Shown: positions 24,570 to 34,005, counted from the first letter of the stretch. The stretch is 63,270 nucleotides of DNA from Styela clava (GCF_964204865.1 NW_027556749.1:124001-187270), one strand, 5' to 3'. Program-made: numbers and translations. Notes: generated by a model from the letters alone, not told the origin.

Positions 24570-25209
24570 AAAATTTTGAGATTTAAATAAAATATTGGCG
24601 AAAATTGGCAATGTCGAAAATGTTACTGTAAGCCCTAAACTTGACGGAGTTGGGGCTTACTATGATAAAACATCTAACAGTTTAGTTATATGTCGATCCT
24701 CGGCTAGAGTGACAACATTTTCTATAAAAAAAGATGATAGAGTTGAAGGCTTTGGCGAATTAGTTTTAAATAAAGAGTTTGGAAATCGGCGTGATGTTGT
24801 AGGTCTTATTAATAGAAAGTTTTATGATAAACGCCACGACTTGTTAGAATTTATTAACTACAAAAGAGTTGAAAAAATAATTAAATTGAAAGATTTGAAA
24901 AAGTATATTGAACAACAGAAAAATATTGATTTTTACACTGATGGTGTGATTATTGAACGTAAATATGCGTTTAAATTCGAAGGACCTAAAAGTTGTGGAA
25001 CAATAGATAAAATAACAAAACAAATTGGCAAAAAAACGGGCAAAATTTCTTATATTGCTTGATTAAAACAAAGTATTAAATTGAATGAAATTACTGTCAA
25101 GAAAGTTAATTTGTCAACTAATAAAAGTAAATATAAAGTGGGTGACCATGTCGTTATTGAATTAAAAGGACAAACGGTTCCTATCATAATAAAAAAGGAG
25201 AATATATAA
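24550..25209 (+). CDS. Minimal NAD-dependent-type DNA ligase (219 aa)
   Basis: KLDG, GE, DGVII and AFKF motifs; OB-fold segments QIGKKTGKIS and VGDHVVIELKGQTVP. Confidence 0.75.
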
Positions 25210-25210
25210 T

Positions 25211-25834
25211 ATGAATAAATTTATAGTAGTTGAAGGTATTGATTATTCAGGTAAATCAACCTACATAGAAAAATTGAAAAAAAAATATAAGAAAGAAGGA
25301 AAAAGTGTTTATGTGACGCGAGAGCCACGAGGAATTAGTTTTGGCGAATTATTAGCTAAAGAAGTCTTTTTTAATGACAACCTCAAAATTAGTTCGATCA
25401 CAAAAGCAATTTTGTTTATTAGTGTCGGTTGAGAATTATATAATAAAGTATTGGCTAAAAAGTTTAAGAAGTATGATATTGTGATTTGTGATAGGTATAT
25501 ATTTAGTACGTTTGCTTATCAAGTATTTGGAGGTGATAAAACAATTAATCAAAATCAATTATTGACAATGTACACTTACGCGATGCCAAAAAATTATTTA
25601 CCTCACGAAGTACACTGAGTAGATTGTTCGACTGCCGAAATTTTAAGACGAGTAAAAATTAGATTACCAGCTAATAATTACGACGCAAAATGTTTAAAGA
25701 AAAGTTATGTTAATAAGATTAGAAAAGCCTACAAAGAAACTTTTGAGTTTTTTACGTATAACACTATCTATTTTAAAAAACGTATCGAATGAAACGTTAT
25801 TGTGTTTGAAAAGGATGACAAAATTAATGAATAA
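25211..25834 (+). CDS. tmk: Thymidylate kinase (207 aa)
   Basis: FIVVEGIDYSGKST, TREP and DRYIFSTFAYQ. Confidence 0.92.
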
Positions 25835-26402
25835 TATTTTTAAGAGTTTGGCGCAAATGCGCGATTTGAATATGTATGAAACAGATGAGTTGAAATTGAT
25901 GCCTATCAATGAGGCAAAAAAATTAAACAAAACTATTATTGTTTTAAATTACAAATTATTTTATAATGACAAAAAAGCTTATGCTGTCGTTTTGAAGAAC
26001 ACGAACAAGTTTAAATATTTTGAAAGTAACAGTTGGGGCGAAAAAAAATTTTTTGCTAAAAAAACCTTTGTAAAGAACAATAATTTAAAAATCAAGTTTA
26101 ATTGTCTTGACGGTGATTATGGATTTGTAGCGATTGACACGGTGGGTTCGAAAGCCCACTTTGTTAATTGAAATGAAATTTTAGATAGTCAAGTCCATAA
26201 AAAACAAATATATAAAATTAGATTTAGTATTAACTATAATTTTTCAATAGATTTTTTAAACGATTCTTGACGAAAATTTCGAGCAACACATTCTAATCTA
26301 TATTTTAAAAATTTTAGAAACGAAGTTGATAGATATATAATAAATTTAAAGTTTGTAAGAACATTTATAAATAACATAAAAGGAGTAAAAGAAGATGTTT
26401 AA
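25827..26402 (+). CDS. Hypothetical protein (191 aa)
   Basis: Code-4 frame coupled to tmk. Confidence 0.65.
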
Positions 26403-26781
26403 AAATAATAAAGAAAATAATGATTTAGGGGTATATAGTGATGATATTGATATTATGTTAGAAGTTGCCAATGAAGTATTTTGTAGAACAGTATCGTTAA
26501 GTTGAAGTACATGACAAAAAGTTCATGGTTATCAGAGTGCTACCTTAGTAAAACATTCATCAAAAATGAATACGTCTAAATTGTTAAATACTCGACGAAC
26601 TATTTTGACATGTAAAGCAATTTGATCACTATCGAAAAATATTTTAAAATTGGAAGATAATGATAAAAATAGAATAAAATGTTATAGAGAAGGGTTACGT
26701 TTTTATGTTACAGTGTGACCACCTACTATGTCATGATATCGAGAATTTAAAGGATTTTTAAAGAAATGAAAAAAAAAATAG
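26395..26781 (+). CDS. Hypothetical protein (128 aa)
   Basis: AAGGAG RBS; code-4 frame. Confidence 0.6.
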
Positions 26782-27308
26782 ATATATTATATAATAAGTA
26801 TGTTGAAACAAAAGACAAAAAAATTCTAAATAGAATCAAATATGAGATGATGGATATAGCAAAAAAAACATGTAAAGTTGTTTCACATATAAAAACAAAA
26901 GGTTATAGTGATCCAAAAACAATGTACAGTTTCTGTTTTGAACGGTTTGATAAAATAATAAACGATTATGAACCTACACATAAAACAACGTTGAGTACAT
27001 ATACTGCTATTTGTCTTTGAAATTATTTAAGAAGTAGACAATATCATAAAAGTTTAGACATTACAAAATCTAGAATTTATACAACACGATCATTAGATAC
27101 TTTTAATAATGACAAATTAAAGTTAGATTTAAAGAGTATTTTAGGCGATACTTTTGATTATAAATTAATATGTGACTATATTGGACTCAATGGAAAGAAA
27201 TTAAAAAATAAAGAATTAGCTAAAATATATAATAAACCTTTAGGTTCTATAAAAACAAGACTACGAACTATTGAAAAGGAACTTAGAAAATATTTTAAAA
27301 ATAATTAA
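26766..27308 (+). CDS. RNA polymerase sigma70-family factor (180 aa)
   Basis: Region-2-like DKIINDYEPTHKTTLSTYTAICLWNYL; region-4 HTH IGLNGKKLKNKELAKIYNKPLGSIKTRLRTIEKELRK. Confidence 0.78.
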
Positions 27309-27343
27309 ATCTTTTTTAGTGTTTTTGTACATATATATATATG
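27295..27343 (+). promoter_or_regulatory. 49-bp putative late promoter upstream of the tRNA array
   Basis: Identical to 14710..14758 in inverted orientation; overlaps the sigma stop codon. Confidence 0.7.
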
Positions 27344-27550
27344 GAGGGTCTCAAAAAACCTCTAGTCCTAAATACATAAAATTTAAGAGTAACAAACTCC
27401 GCCTTGTTACTAAATTAACTTTTTGACTTTAAACTGTTAGACACGGGTGCGTCTTTAACCACACTACAGTTTGAAAAGGTACTATAACCTTTTAGTCAAG
27501 TCGTGACTTAAACCGACTTAACTACCTCTGTTAACGCGGAGGTGGTTTTT
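27343..27550 (+). ncRNA. Structured leader/ncRNA ending in a terminator-like hairpin
   Basis: Several stems: AGTAACAA/TTGTTACT, AAACTGT/ACAGTTT, AAAAGGT/ACCTTTT, TTGACT/AGTCAA, AAGTCG/CGACTT and ACTACCTCTG/CGGAGGTGGT followed by a T run. Confidence 0.5.
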
Positions 27551-27626
27551 GGGCCTGTAGCTCAATAGGGAGAGCATTTGGTTTGCAATCAAAAGGCAGT
27601 CAGTTCGAATCTGGCCAGGTCCACCA
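27551..27626 (+). tRNA. tRNA-Ala(TGC)
   Basis: Cloverleaf, G3:U70, encoded CCA. Confidence 0.92.
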
Positions 27627-27630
27627 TAAT

Positions 27631-27707
27631 AGAGTGTTAGCTCAGCAAGTAAGAGCGCCTGTATTACAAGCAGGAGGTCAGTGGTTCAAGCCCACTACAC
27701 TCTACCA
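27631..27707 (+). tRNA. tRNA-Val(TAC)
   Basis: Cloverleaf; anticodon loop ATTACAA; CCA. Confidence 0.9.
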
Positions 27708-27713
27708 TTTTTT

Positions 27714-27790
27714 GCTGGTTTAGCTTAATTTGGCAAAGCACCCGTCTTGTAAACGGACGAGTAAAGGTTCGAGGCCTTTAACCAGCACCA
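27714..27790 (+). tRNA. tRNA-Thr(TGT)
   Basis: Cloverleaf; loop CTTGTAA; CCA. Confidence 0.9.
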
Positions 27791-27793
27791 TAT

Positions 27794-27869
27794 AGAGCTA
27801 TAGCTTAGTGGTTACAGCGCACGCCCTATAAGCGTGAGATCTTGGGTTCGATCCCCAATAGCTCTACCA
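27794..27869 (+). tRNA. tRNA-Ile(TAT)
   Basis: CACGC/GCGTG stem; loop CCTATAA; Ile-like body; CCA. Confidence 0.85.
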
Positions 27870-27872
27870 TTT

Positions 27873-27948
27873 GGATCTGTGGTGTAATGGATAACATGCC
27901 TCTCTGTCTAAGAGAAGATAGCGAGTTCGATTCTCGTCAGGTCCGCCA
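27873..27948 (+). tRNA. tRNA-Asp(GTC)
   Basis: Loop CTGTCTA; G73; CCA. Confidence 0.82.
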
Positions 27949-27949
27949 C

Positions 27950-28035
27950 GGAGGAGTAGCGAAGTGGTTAAACGCGTCTGACTGTAAATCAGATTCTTTT
28001 TAGATACGGGAGTTCGAATCTCTTTTCCTCCACCA
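27950..28035 (+). tRNA. tRNA-Tyr(GTA)
   Basis: Loop CTGTAAA; long variable arm; CCA. Confidence 0.92.
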
Positions 28036-28039
28036 TTAT

Positions 28040-28115
28040 CGGAAAGTAGCTTAGATGGAAAAGCACTCGGTTTGGGTCCGAGAGATCATAGGTTCAAATC
28101 CTCTCTTTCCGACCA
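28040..28115 (+). tRNA. tRNA-Pro(TGG)
   Basis: C1:G72; loop TTTGGGT; CCA. Confidence 0.92.
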
Positions 28116-28119
28116 TTTT

Positions 28120-28210
28120 GGAGCGATACCCAAGCTGGTTTAAGGGGACTCATTGCTAATGAGTTAGGTTAGTTTCTGACGCATGGGTTCGAATCCCATT
28201 TGCTCCGCCA
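28120..28210 (+). tRNA. tRNA-Ser(GCT)
   Basis: Loop TTGCTAA; long variable arm; G73; CCA. Confidence 0.92.
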
Positions 28211-28211
28211 C

Positions 28212-28288
28212 GCCCGATTAGCTCAGTTGGTTAGAGCGATTGCCCGTTAAGCAAGAGGTCACAAGTTCGAATCCTGTATTGGGCGCCA
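28212..28288 (+). tRNA. tRNA-Asn(GTT)
   Basis: Loop CCGTTAA; G73; CCA. Confidence 0.88.
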
Positions 28289-28289
28289 C

Positions 28290-28365
28290 GCCTTGTTAAC
28301 TCAAACGGTAGAGTAGTTGCCTTTTAAGCAAACGGTTAAAGGTTCGAGTCCTTTACGAGGCACCA
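28290..28365 (+). tRNA. tRNA-Lys(TTT)
   Basis: Loop CTTTTAA; CCA. Confidence 0.9.
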
Positions 28366-28370
28366 TTTTT

Positions 28371-28447
28371 GCCCACGTAGCTCAATTGATCAGAGTAAGG
28401 GTGTTCTAAGCCCTAGGTTGAAGGTTTGAATCCTTCCGTGGGTACCA
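28371..28447 (+). tRNA. tRNA-Arg(TCT)
   Basis: AGGGT/GCCCT stem; loop GTTCTAA; CCA. Confidence 0.87.
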
Positions 28448-28582
28448 TTTTATTTATCTGGTCCAAAAATCCAAGGACCAGCTCTACAGACTCAAGGCTA
28501 GTCAAAGGTAGCACTATATTAGTGTAAGCCTAGTTTGCCACCACTGTCTCTACAGACCATTTTGACATGTGGTAAACGTTTC

Positions 28583-28656
28583 GCAGATGTAGTTTAGTGG
28601 TAGAACCTCAGATTTCCAATCTGATTGCGGGAGTTCAATTCTCCCCATCTGCTCCA
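28583..28656 (+). tRNA. tRNA-Gly(TCC)
   Basis: Loop TTTCCAA; U73; CCA. Confidence 0.92.
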
Positions 28657-28659
28657 ATA

Positions 28660-29060
28660 TTTCAATGTCATTTTTGACATTTTCAGGAACAACGACGTCT
28701 ATAACGTCAGATTCCAAATGTGCCGAGCATCACAATTTAAACTGCTCATTATTTGAGGTGATCAAAATGAAAACGATATGCGTCAAAAGAAACATGACTC
28801 AAAGTGAAAAACTTTTAGTTTTAAGACAGAAGAGGCTAGTTTTAATATCACAAATAAAACACGTCAAACTTCTTTTTTTCTTATGTTTGTTTGTAATAAT
28901 CATACCTTACTATTTATATGTAAAGTGTTATCGAAACGTGAAAATTATAAACAAAATAAAAAAAATTAATACTAAAATAGTAGAGCGAGGTGGGTACGAA
29001 ACTAGCGTACAAAAATTATATAATCCTCATACTACGAAAATCCCTTGAAAAAGTCATAGT
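28660..29060 (+). ncRNA. Candidate ~400-nt structured ncRNA
   Basis: Nested helices (ATGACT/AGTCAT, TTTTAGT/ACTAAAA, TTTGTTTGTAAT/ATTATAAACAAA, GTAG-GAGG/CCTC-CTAC, GTACG/CGTAC); no gene with a convincing RBS. Confidence 0.4.
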
Positions 29061-29158
29061 TAAATAATAATATTACTATGGACAGAGAAAAAAAGAAAAA
29101 GAAGATTGAAGACGAAAATGATATCGCTGATGTTGTTATTGTTTCAGTTTTTATATAA

Positions 29159-29458
29159 ATGACAAATGAAGAAAAACGAATGTATGATTGATACATTTGA
29201 TCAGTTTCAACAATGATACAAAAAAATATGATTGATTTAAGAACTCTAAAAAATCAAGTAAAAGAGTTAAGATATATGTTAATGGCTGATTTTGAAGGAC
29301 CACCTCCACATTGAGAGTCTGAATATGTGAATCCACGATATTTCACAATCTTAGAAATTGTAAAAAAGAAAGAAGAGGCTATGCAGTATGGTGTTGATAA
29401 TTACGACAAAATAAAACAAGGTAAAAAAATGAAAGAAAAATGAGATGACAACAGATAA
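29159..29458 (+). CDS. Paralog-family small protein (99 aa)
   Basis: EAMQYGVDNYDKIK motif; N-terminus similar to the 30646 gene. Confidence 0.7.
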
Positions 29459-29482
29459 GATTACATCTTAGGAGAAAAAAAT

Positions 29483-29797
29483 ATGTTATATAGAATAGAA
29501 AAATATGATATGATTCATAGAGATTGAGCAAAACACGCAACATCACAAATATATAATGATTATGTTAAATATTGTGAAATATTAATAGAAAAAGATGACT
29601 TACAATTAGAAGATCTTAAAGAATCATTAGATTTAGTTAAATACTCTATATTGAATTTGACAGAAACAATTTTAAAATGTATAAAAGAAGGGCAATCAAT
29701 TATGCCACACAACAGTCTTTTAGAACATAAAATTGAAATTAAAACAGCTTTAGAATATTGTATTAAAAATTTTAATAATATTAAGGAGGTTTGATAA
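29483..29797 (+). CDS. Paralog-family small protein (104 aa)
   Basis: AGGAG RBS; TALEYCIKNFNNIK. Confidence 0.75.
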
Positions 29798-29799
29798 TA

Positions 29800-30003
29800 A
29801 TGTTGACAGATGCGCAAGCTAAAGAAGACATGAAGTTTTTAACAGAAAAAGGAAAAGTGGAGTTACTCACCATTAAACATTGAGTAGAAGAAAAAGATTT
29901 TAAGTTAAAAAAATTGTTACAATTATCACTTAGAGTTGAAGAAACAAATAAAGCAATAAAATATTGTATTAAAAATTATAATAAAATAAAGGAGAAAAAA
30001 TAA
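29800..30003 (+). CDS. Paralog-family small protein (67 aa)
   Basis: AAGGAGGT RBS; KAIKYCIKNYNKIK. Confidence 0.72.
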
Positions 30004-30656
30004 TGAAAACAACAAATGAAAAATTAATAGGAACTATAATGACATTACTAATAGAAGAAGATGGGCTAAGTTGAACTAAACAGTTAACAGACAAACAAAT
30101 TGATTTAATCAAAAAATATATACCACAATATGATCCAAAAAAAATATACAAACAATTTGATACTTTTGTATATAAAGATGTAGTTTGTGTTGTAGAAACA
30201 TATGATCTAGGTTATATGTGAGCGTATCCTTTACTAAAGAATAGCGCTGAAAAATATAGTAGCGCAGGTGATGGAACATTAATTAAACTTTATGATGAGT
30301 ATGATTCAACATTACCAAAACCTTTTAACAAACTAGATGCTAATTTAAATTTGGAATATATGAATTCGATTTATAACTGAATTGGAGATGGCGCACCTGA
30401 ATCTTTAAAATTTAAATATATTAACACAAAAAAAACATTTAAAAAGTTAGATACTATACATGAAAGTCATAAAATTTTAGGTGTGGCATTTAGTAAAGTA
30501 ATCGACGTTTATTTGAAACCAATTTTAGAACGTATTGAAAAACTTGAAAAAAAAGTAGAAGATTTACCAACACGTGCCGTAATTGGAGACTGCTTATATC
30601 CAATAGGTAAACGTATTGAAAAACTCGAAGACAAGGTTAAGAATAATGACAAATAA
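30003..30656 (+). CDS. Stand-alone copy of fibre repeat module A (217 aa)
   Basis: WTKQLTDKQIDLI...YKQFDTFVY...PLLKN...YDSTLPKPFNKLDANLNLEYMNSIYNWI matches the modules of 3551..12007. Confidence 0.8.
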
Positions 30657-30915
30657 TGATATATATAAAAAATTTATCAAACATGTTTCAGTATTAGTGA
30701 TAAATAATTTAATTAATTTAGAAAATTTAAAAGATATGTTGACTATAACAAAAAATGAAATATTAGAACGTTCAGAAGAAATTATTAAAAAGATGTACCG
30801 CAGAGAATGAGGAGAAATAACTTTCAACGAAGAAATACAATTAGAATGTATTATGATTAAAAAAGCATTGGAACATTGTATCAAAAATTTCGATAAAATC
30901 AAAGGAGAAAAATAA
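30646..30915 (+). CDS. Paralog-family small protein (89 aa)
   Basis: KALEHCIKNFDKIK. Confidence 0.75.
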
Positions 30916-31283
30916 TGATTAGAGATTGAGAATGAGAATATAGCGAAAGAGAAAAATATTTAGAAAAAAATAGAAGATTTGTATTATCAAGTAATGATAG
31001 ATTTTATAATAGTAACGATGAATCAGATTATAGAATTATAGAAGACTTGATAATATATGAAATATATAATAAACATATGACTATTAAAGATCTTAAAAAA
31101 TTATTTTATGAATATAGCACGCGAGAGTTTGAAGAAAAAAGAAACCATTTTAAAAAATTTCAAATTACATCATTAGAAAGTGTACGACAAATAGGTATAA
31201 TTACTCGACATTGTGAAGCTATGAAGAATTTATTAAGTTTTCATATTATTAAACAAGAAGAAAAAAAGGAGAAAAAAGAATAA
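30915..31283 (+). CDS. Hypothetical protein (122 aa)
   Basis: AAGGAG RBS; TAATG coupling. Confidence 0.7.
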
Positions 31284-31588
31284 TGTATTACGACCCAGAA
31301 ACAGATGTAACAACATCACCAAATATTGATCGTGAAGATTCACCATGAAAAATAGAATTAGAAAGATTTTATAATGAAAATAAAGAATTAAAAGAAAAAA
31401 ATAAAGAATTAGAAGAAAAAAATGAAGATTTGAAGTTTGAGATGTACTGTATGAAAATGAACAGATGTCCAAATATAATACGCCATTATAGATATTATAG
31501 TCGTTGTTGTAAGGATACTTGTTTTAGTTTACGAAAAGATCCTCATTTTAAACGATATTATAAATGTCGTTGCTGAACGGTCAACTAA
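31283..31588 (+). CDS. Coiled-coil, Cys-rich hypothetical protein (101 aa)
   Basis: AAGGAG RBS; TAATG coupling; seven Cys in the C-terminal half. Confidence 0.65.
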
Positions 31589-31589
31589 A

Positions 31590-32189
31590 ATGTTAGATTT
31601 CAGAGGACAAAATTTATACAACTTAGGGCCAATTTTTTTAGTTACTGGCCCTATGTTTGCCGGAAAAACGGCTTGAGTACAAAGAAAATTAATTGAATGA
31701 GAGTGTGAAGACGCACCTATTTTTCAACGTGAAGATACTATTAGAAAAGAAAGACAGATTGAAAATGTGATTCCATATAAAAATAACGTTGATTTAAAAT
31801 CGAAATTAGACGAAGTTCTTAATAAAATTTTAAATAAAAAGTTACCCCAAATCATCGTTTTTGAAGAATGTCATTTCTTGCCTCTTGAATTCTTTAACGA
31901 TATTGACAAATTAATCAGCTGAGGTATTGTATTGTTATTTTGTGGTCTTAGATTACTTAATAATGATGTACGCCGTTTCATGATGAAAACATTAGAAGGA
32001 AAAGCAGATTTTATTGTCAATTTAGAAGGTACTGATTTTTGCTCATCATGTGAAGATATGCCAGATTACTCTTTGTCATATCGAAAATCAACTAAATCAA
32101 CAAGCTATGTTGGTGGATCAGACACTTACCAAGCATTATGCATGAAATGTTTCATAAAAAAAGAAAAATATAAGGAGAAAAATATATAA
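31590..32189 (+). CDS. tdk: Thymidine kinase (199 aa)
   Basis: GPMFAGKT, EECHF (DExQF-like), CSSC and VGGSDTYQALCMKC. Confidence 0.9.
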
Positions 32190-32191
32190 AA

Positions 32192-33103
32192 ATGAATATG
32201 AACGAAAATAATAATATCGAACAAAATAACGCACTAAAAAATATCGAGTATTATATGTGACAAAATATTTTTAAAGGTGCTTATACTGGAGTTTCATTAC
32301 TCTCAATACCAAAAGTTTTTGATTTCGATTTTAAAAAAATGTATCAAGACAAACCAAAAAAAGGTAAAAAAGAAAAGGATTCAGATTTTAACAATAGAAA
32401 AGTACAAGTTACAAATTACAATCAAGTTGTAAAAAGTTATATTAGTACTCACGAAAAAATAATTAAAGATTTTAAAGTATCATTGAAAACATTAAATCCA
32501 CTAATTTTGACTGAAATCTTAAAAAAAATAAATGATGGAATTGTGTCTTGATATACAATTAATAAATTAGATTTCAAAGTAACAATTAACGACTTACCTC
32601 GTTTGTATGGAATAACTTATGATAAAGAAAATTTCTTAAAAATCATGGGTGAATTATTTAATAAAGATATCAAATATAGTATTAATGAAGAAAAAATTGA
32701 TATTGAACTTTCAAATGAGTATAAAATTCCAACAAATGAAAAAATGACATGAATTAAAAAAAAAGTAACAATTTCAAAAAAAGACTTTGATAATTTAGTT
32801 CAAGGACCTTCTCACATAAATTTTATTCACAATCTTTTTGAAGTGTTTAAAGGAGTTGTGTTATTTGACATTATAATTAGCGCAAAACCTCATTTAACAA
32901 CAGCTGAAAAAATTAGTGACGATTTAGAAATTGACTACATTTTTGAAATTATTGGAGCACAAACAAGTAAAAAAATTAATGAAAATAGAATTTTGATGGC
33001 TGAATATAAATATACACAAGCACAATCAACAATTCATAAAATGGACAAATTAGTAGCTAAGAAAAAAGAATTAGAAAAAAAAAATAAGGAGAACAAAAAA
33101 TAA
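32192..33103 (+). CDS. Hypothetical protein in the recombination module (303 aa)
   Basis: AAGGAG RBS; joins two track ORFs across TGA. Confidence 0.7.
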
Positions 33104-34005
33104 TGAATAACTATAACTACAACCAAAACCAAAACTATAATCAAGGAATGAATAATCAAAATTATAATCAAAATCAAGGAATGAATAACTATAACCAAAA
33201 TCAAGGAAAACAATACTCATTACCTAATATTGTTGCTGAAAGAGCAAGTACTATTTCAATGGCGTTTAATCCTAAAATTTTAACTCAATTTGGGTTAACA
33301 TTAACATTTGACGTTTACTTTACAATTCCAAATATTGGATATAAACGTGTTAATATGAAAATGTCGGCAAATAAATTTAAACATATTGAATTGCTTAATT
33401 TCTTACACAAAATGATTGGCGAAAATCGCTTTAATACACCTATTTTTGGGATCCGTAGTGTAATCATTCAACAAAAAAATTATACTGATAAAAATACTGG
33501 TCAAATTAAAACAAGTTTTTATTCAACTTTAAGATTTAAAAACCAAATCATCCCTCTTGCCGAAAATATTAGTTGACGTGATCGTGATGCTCAAGTTGGG
33601 CCTTTATTACGAAATACAAAAACTTATGCAATTGAATTTAATAATGATAAAGATATTTATACTAATCTTGATGGTTCACCTGTTCAAGGACAACCTCAAC
33701 CTCAACAATATCAACCACATAATCAACCTCAACCATATCAACAATATAATCAAGGACAACCTCAACAATATCAACCACATAATCAACCTCAACCATATCA
33801 ACAACCGCAACCTCAACAATATCAACCTCAACAATATCAAGGACAACCCCAACAATATAATCAACCACAAGTTCAACAACAACCTCAACAAGATCCTCAA
33901 ATTGAACAATTAAAAAAGTTGAATAACGATATGAAGTTGAATGAAACAATGAAAACTGAGGTTCAAGTACCAGAAGAAATCCAAAAAGTGAAGGTAATTA
34001 AATAA
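33103..34005 (+). CDS. SSB-like protein with N/Q/P-rich low-complexity termini (300 aa)
   Basis: Beta-rich core with KNYTDKNTGQIKTSF; low-complexity arms; replication-module context. The SSB call is an inference. Confidence 0.5.

Noticed and set aside
27343-27626. tmRNA, RNase P RNA or T-box leader
   Set aside because: The tRNA-Ala is a complete cloverleaf, and I found no GAGGAAAGUCC or T-box consensus.
27794-27869. Amber suppressor tRNA (CTA)
   Set aside because: The 5-bp stem places TAT, not CTA, at positions 34-36, and TAG acts as a stop in several genes.
28480-28505. Group I intron R/S-like words (TCTACAGACT...TAGTC)
   Set aside because: Too close together to form the P3/P7/P8 core, and no interrupted gene is present.
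28665-29048. 127-aa ORF after tRNA-Gly
   Set aside because: No SD at its first ATG and it overlaps apparent RNA structure. A shorter product from the GAGGTG-preceded ATG at ~28767 is not fully excluded.
33557-33949. Three alternative-frame ORFs with repetitive Ile/Leu/Val sequence
   Set aside because: Shadows of the Q/P repeat in the 33103..34005 gene.
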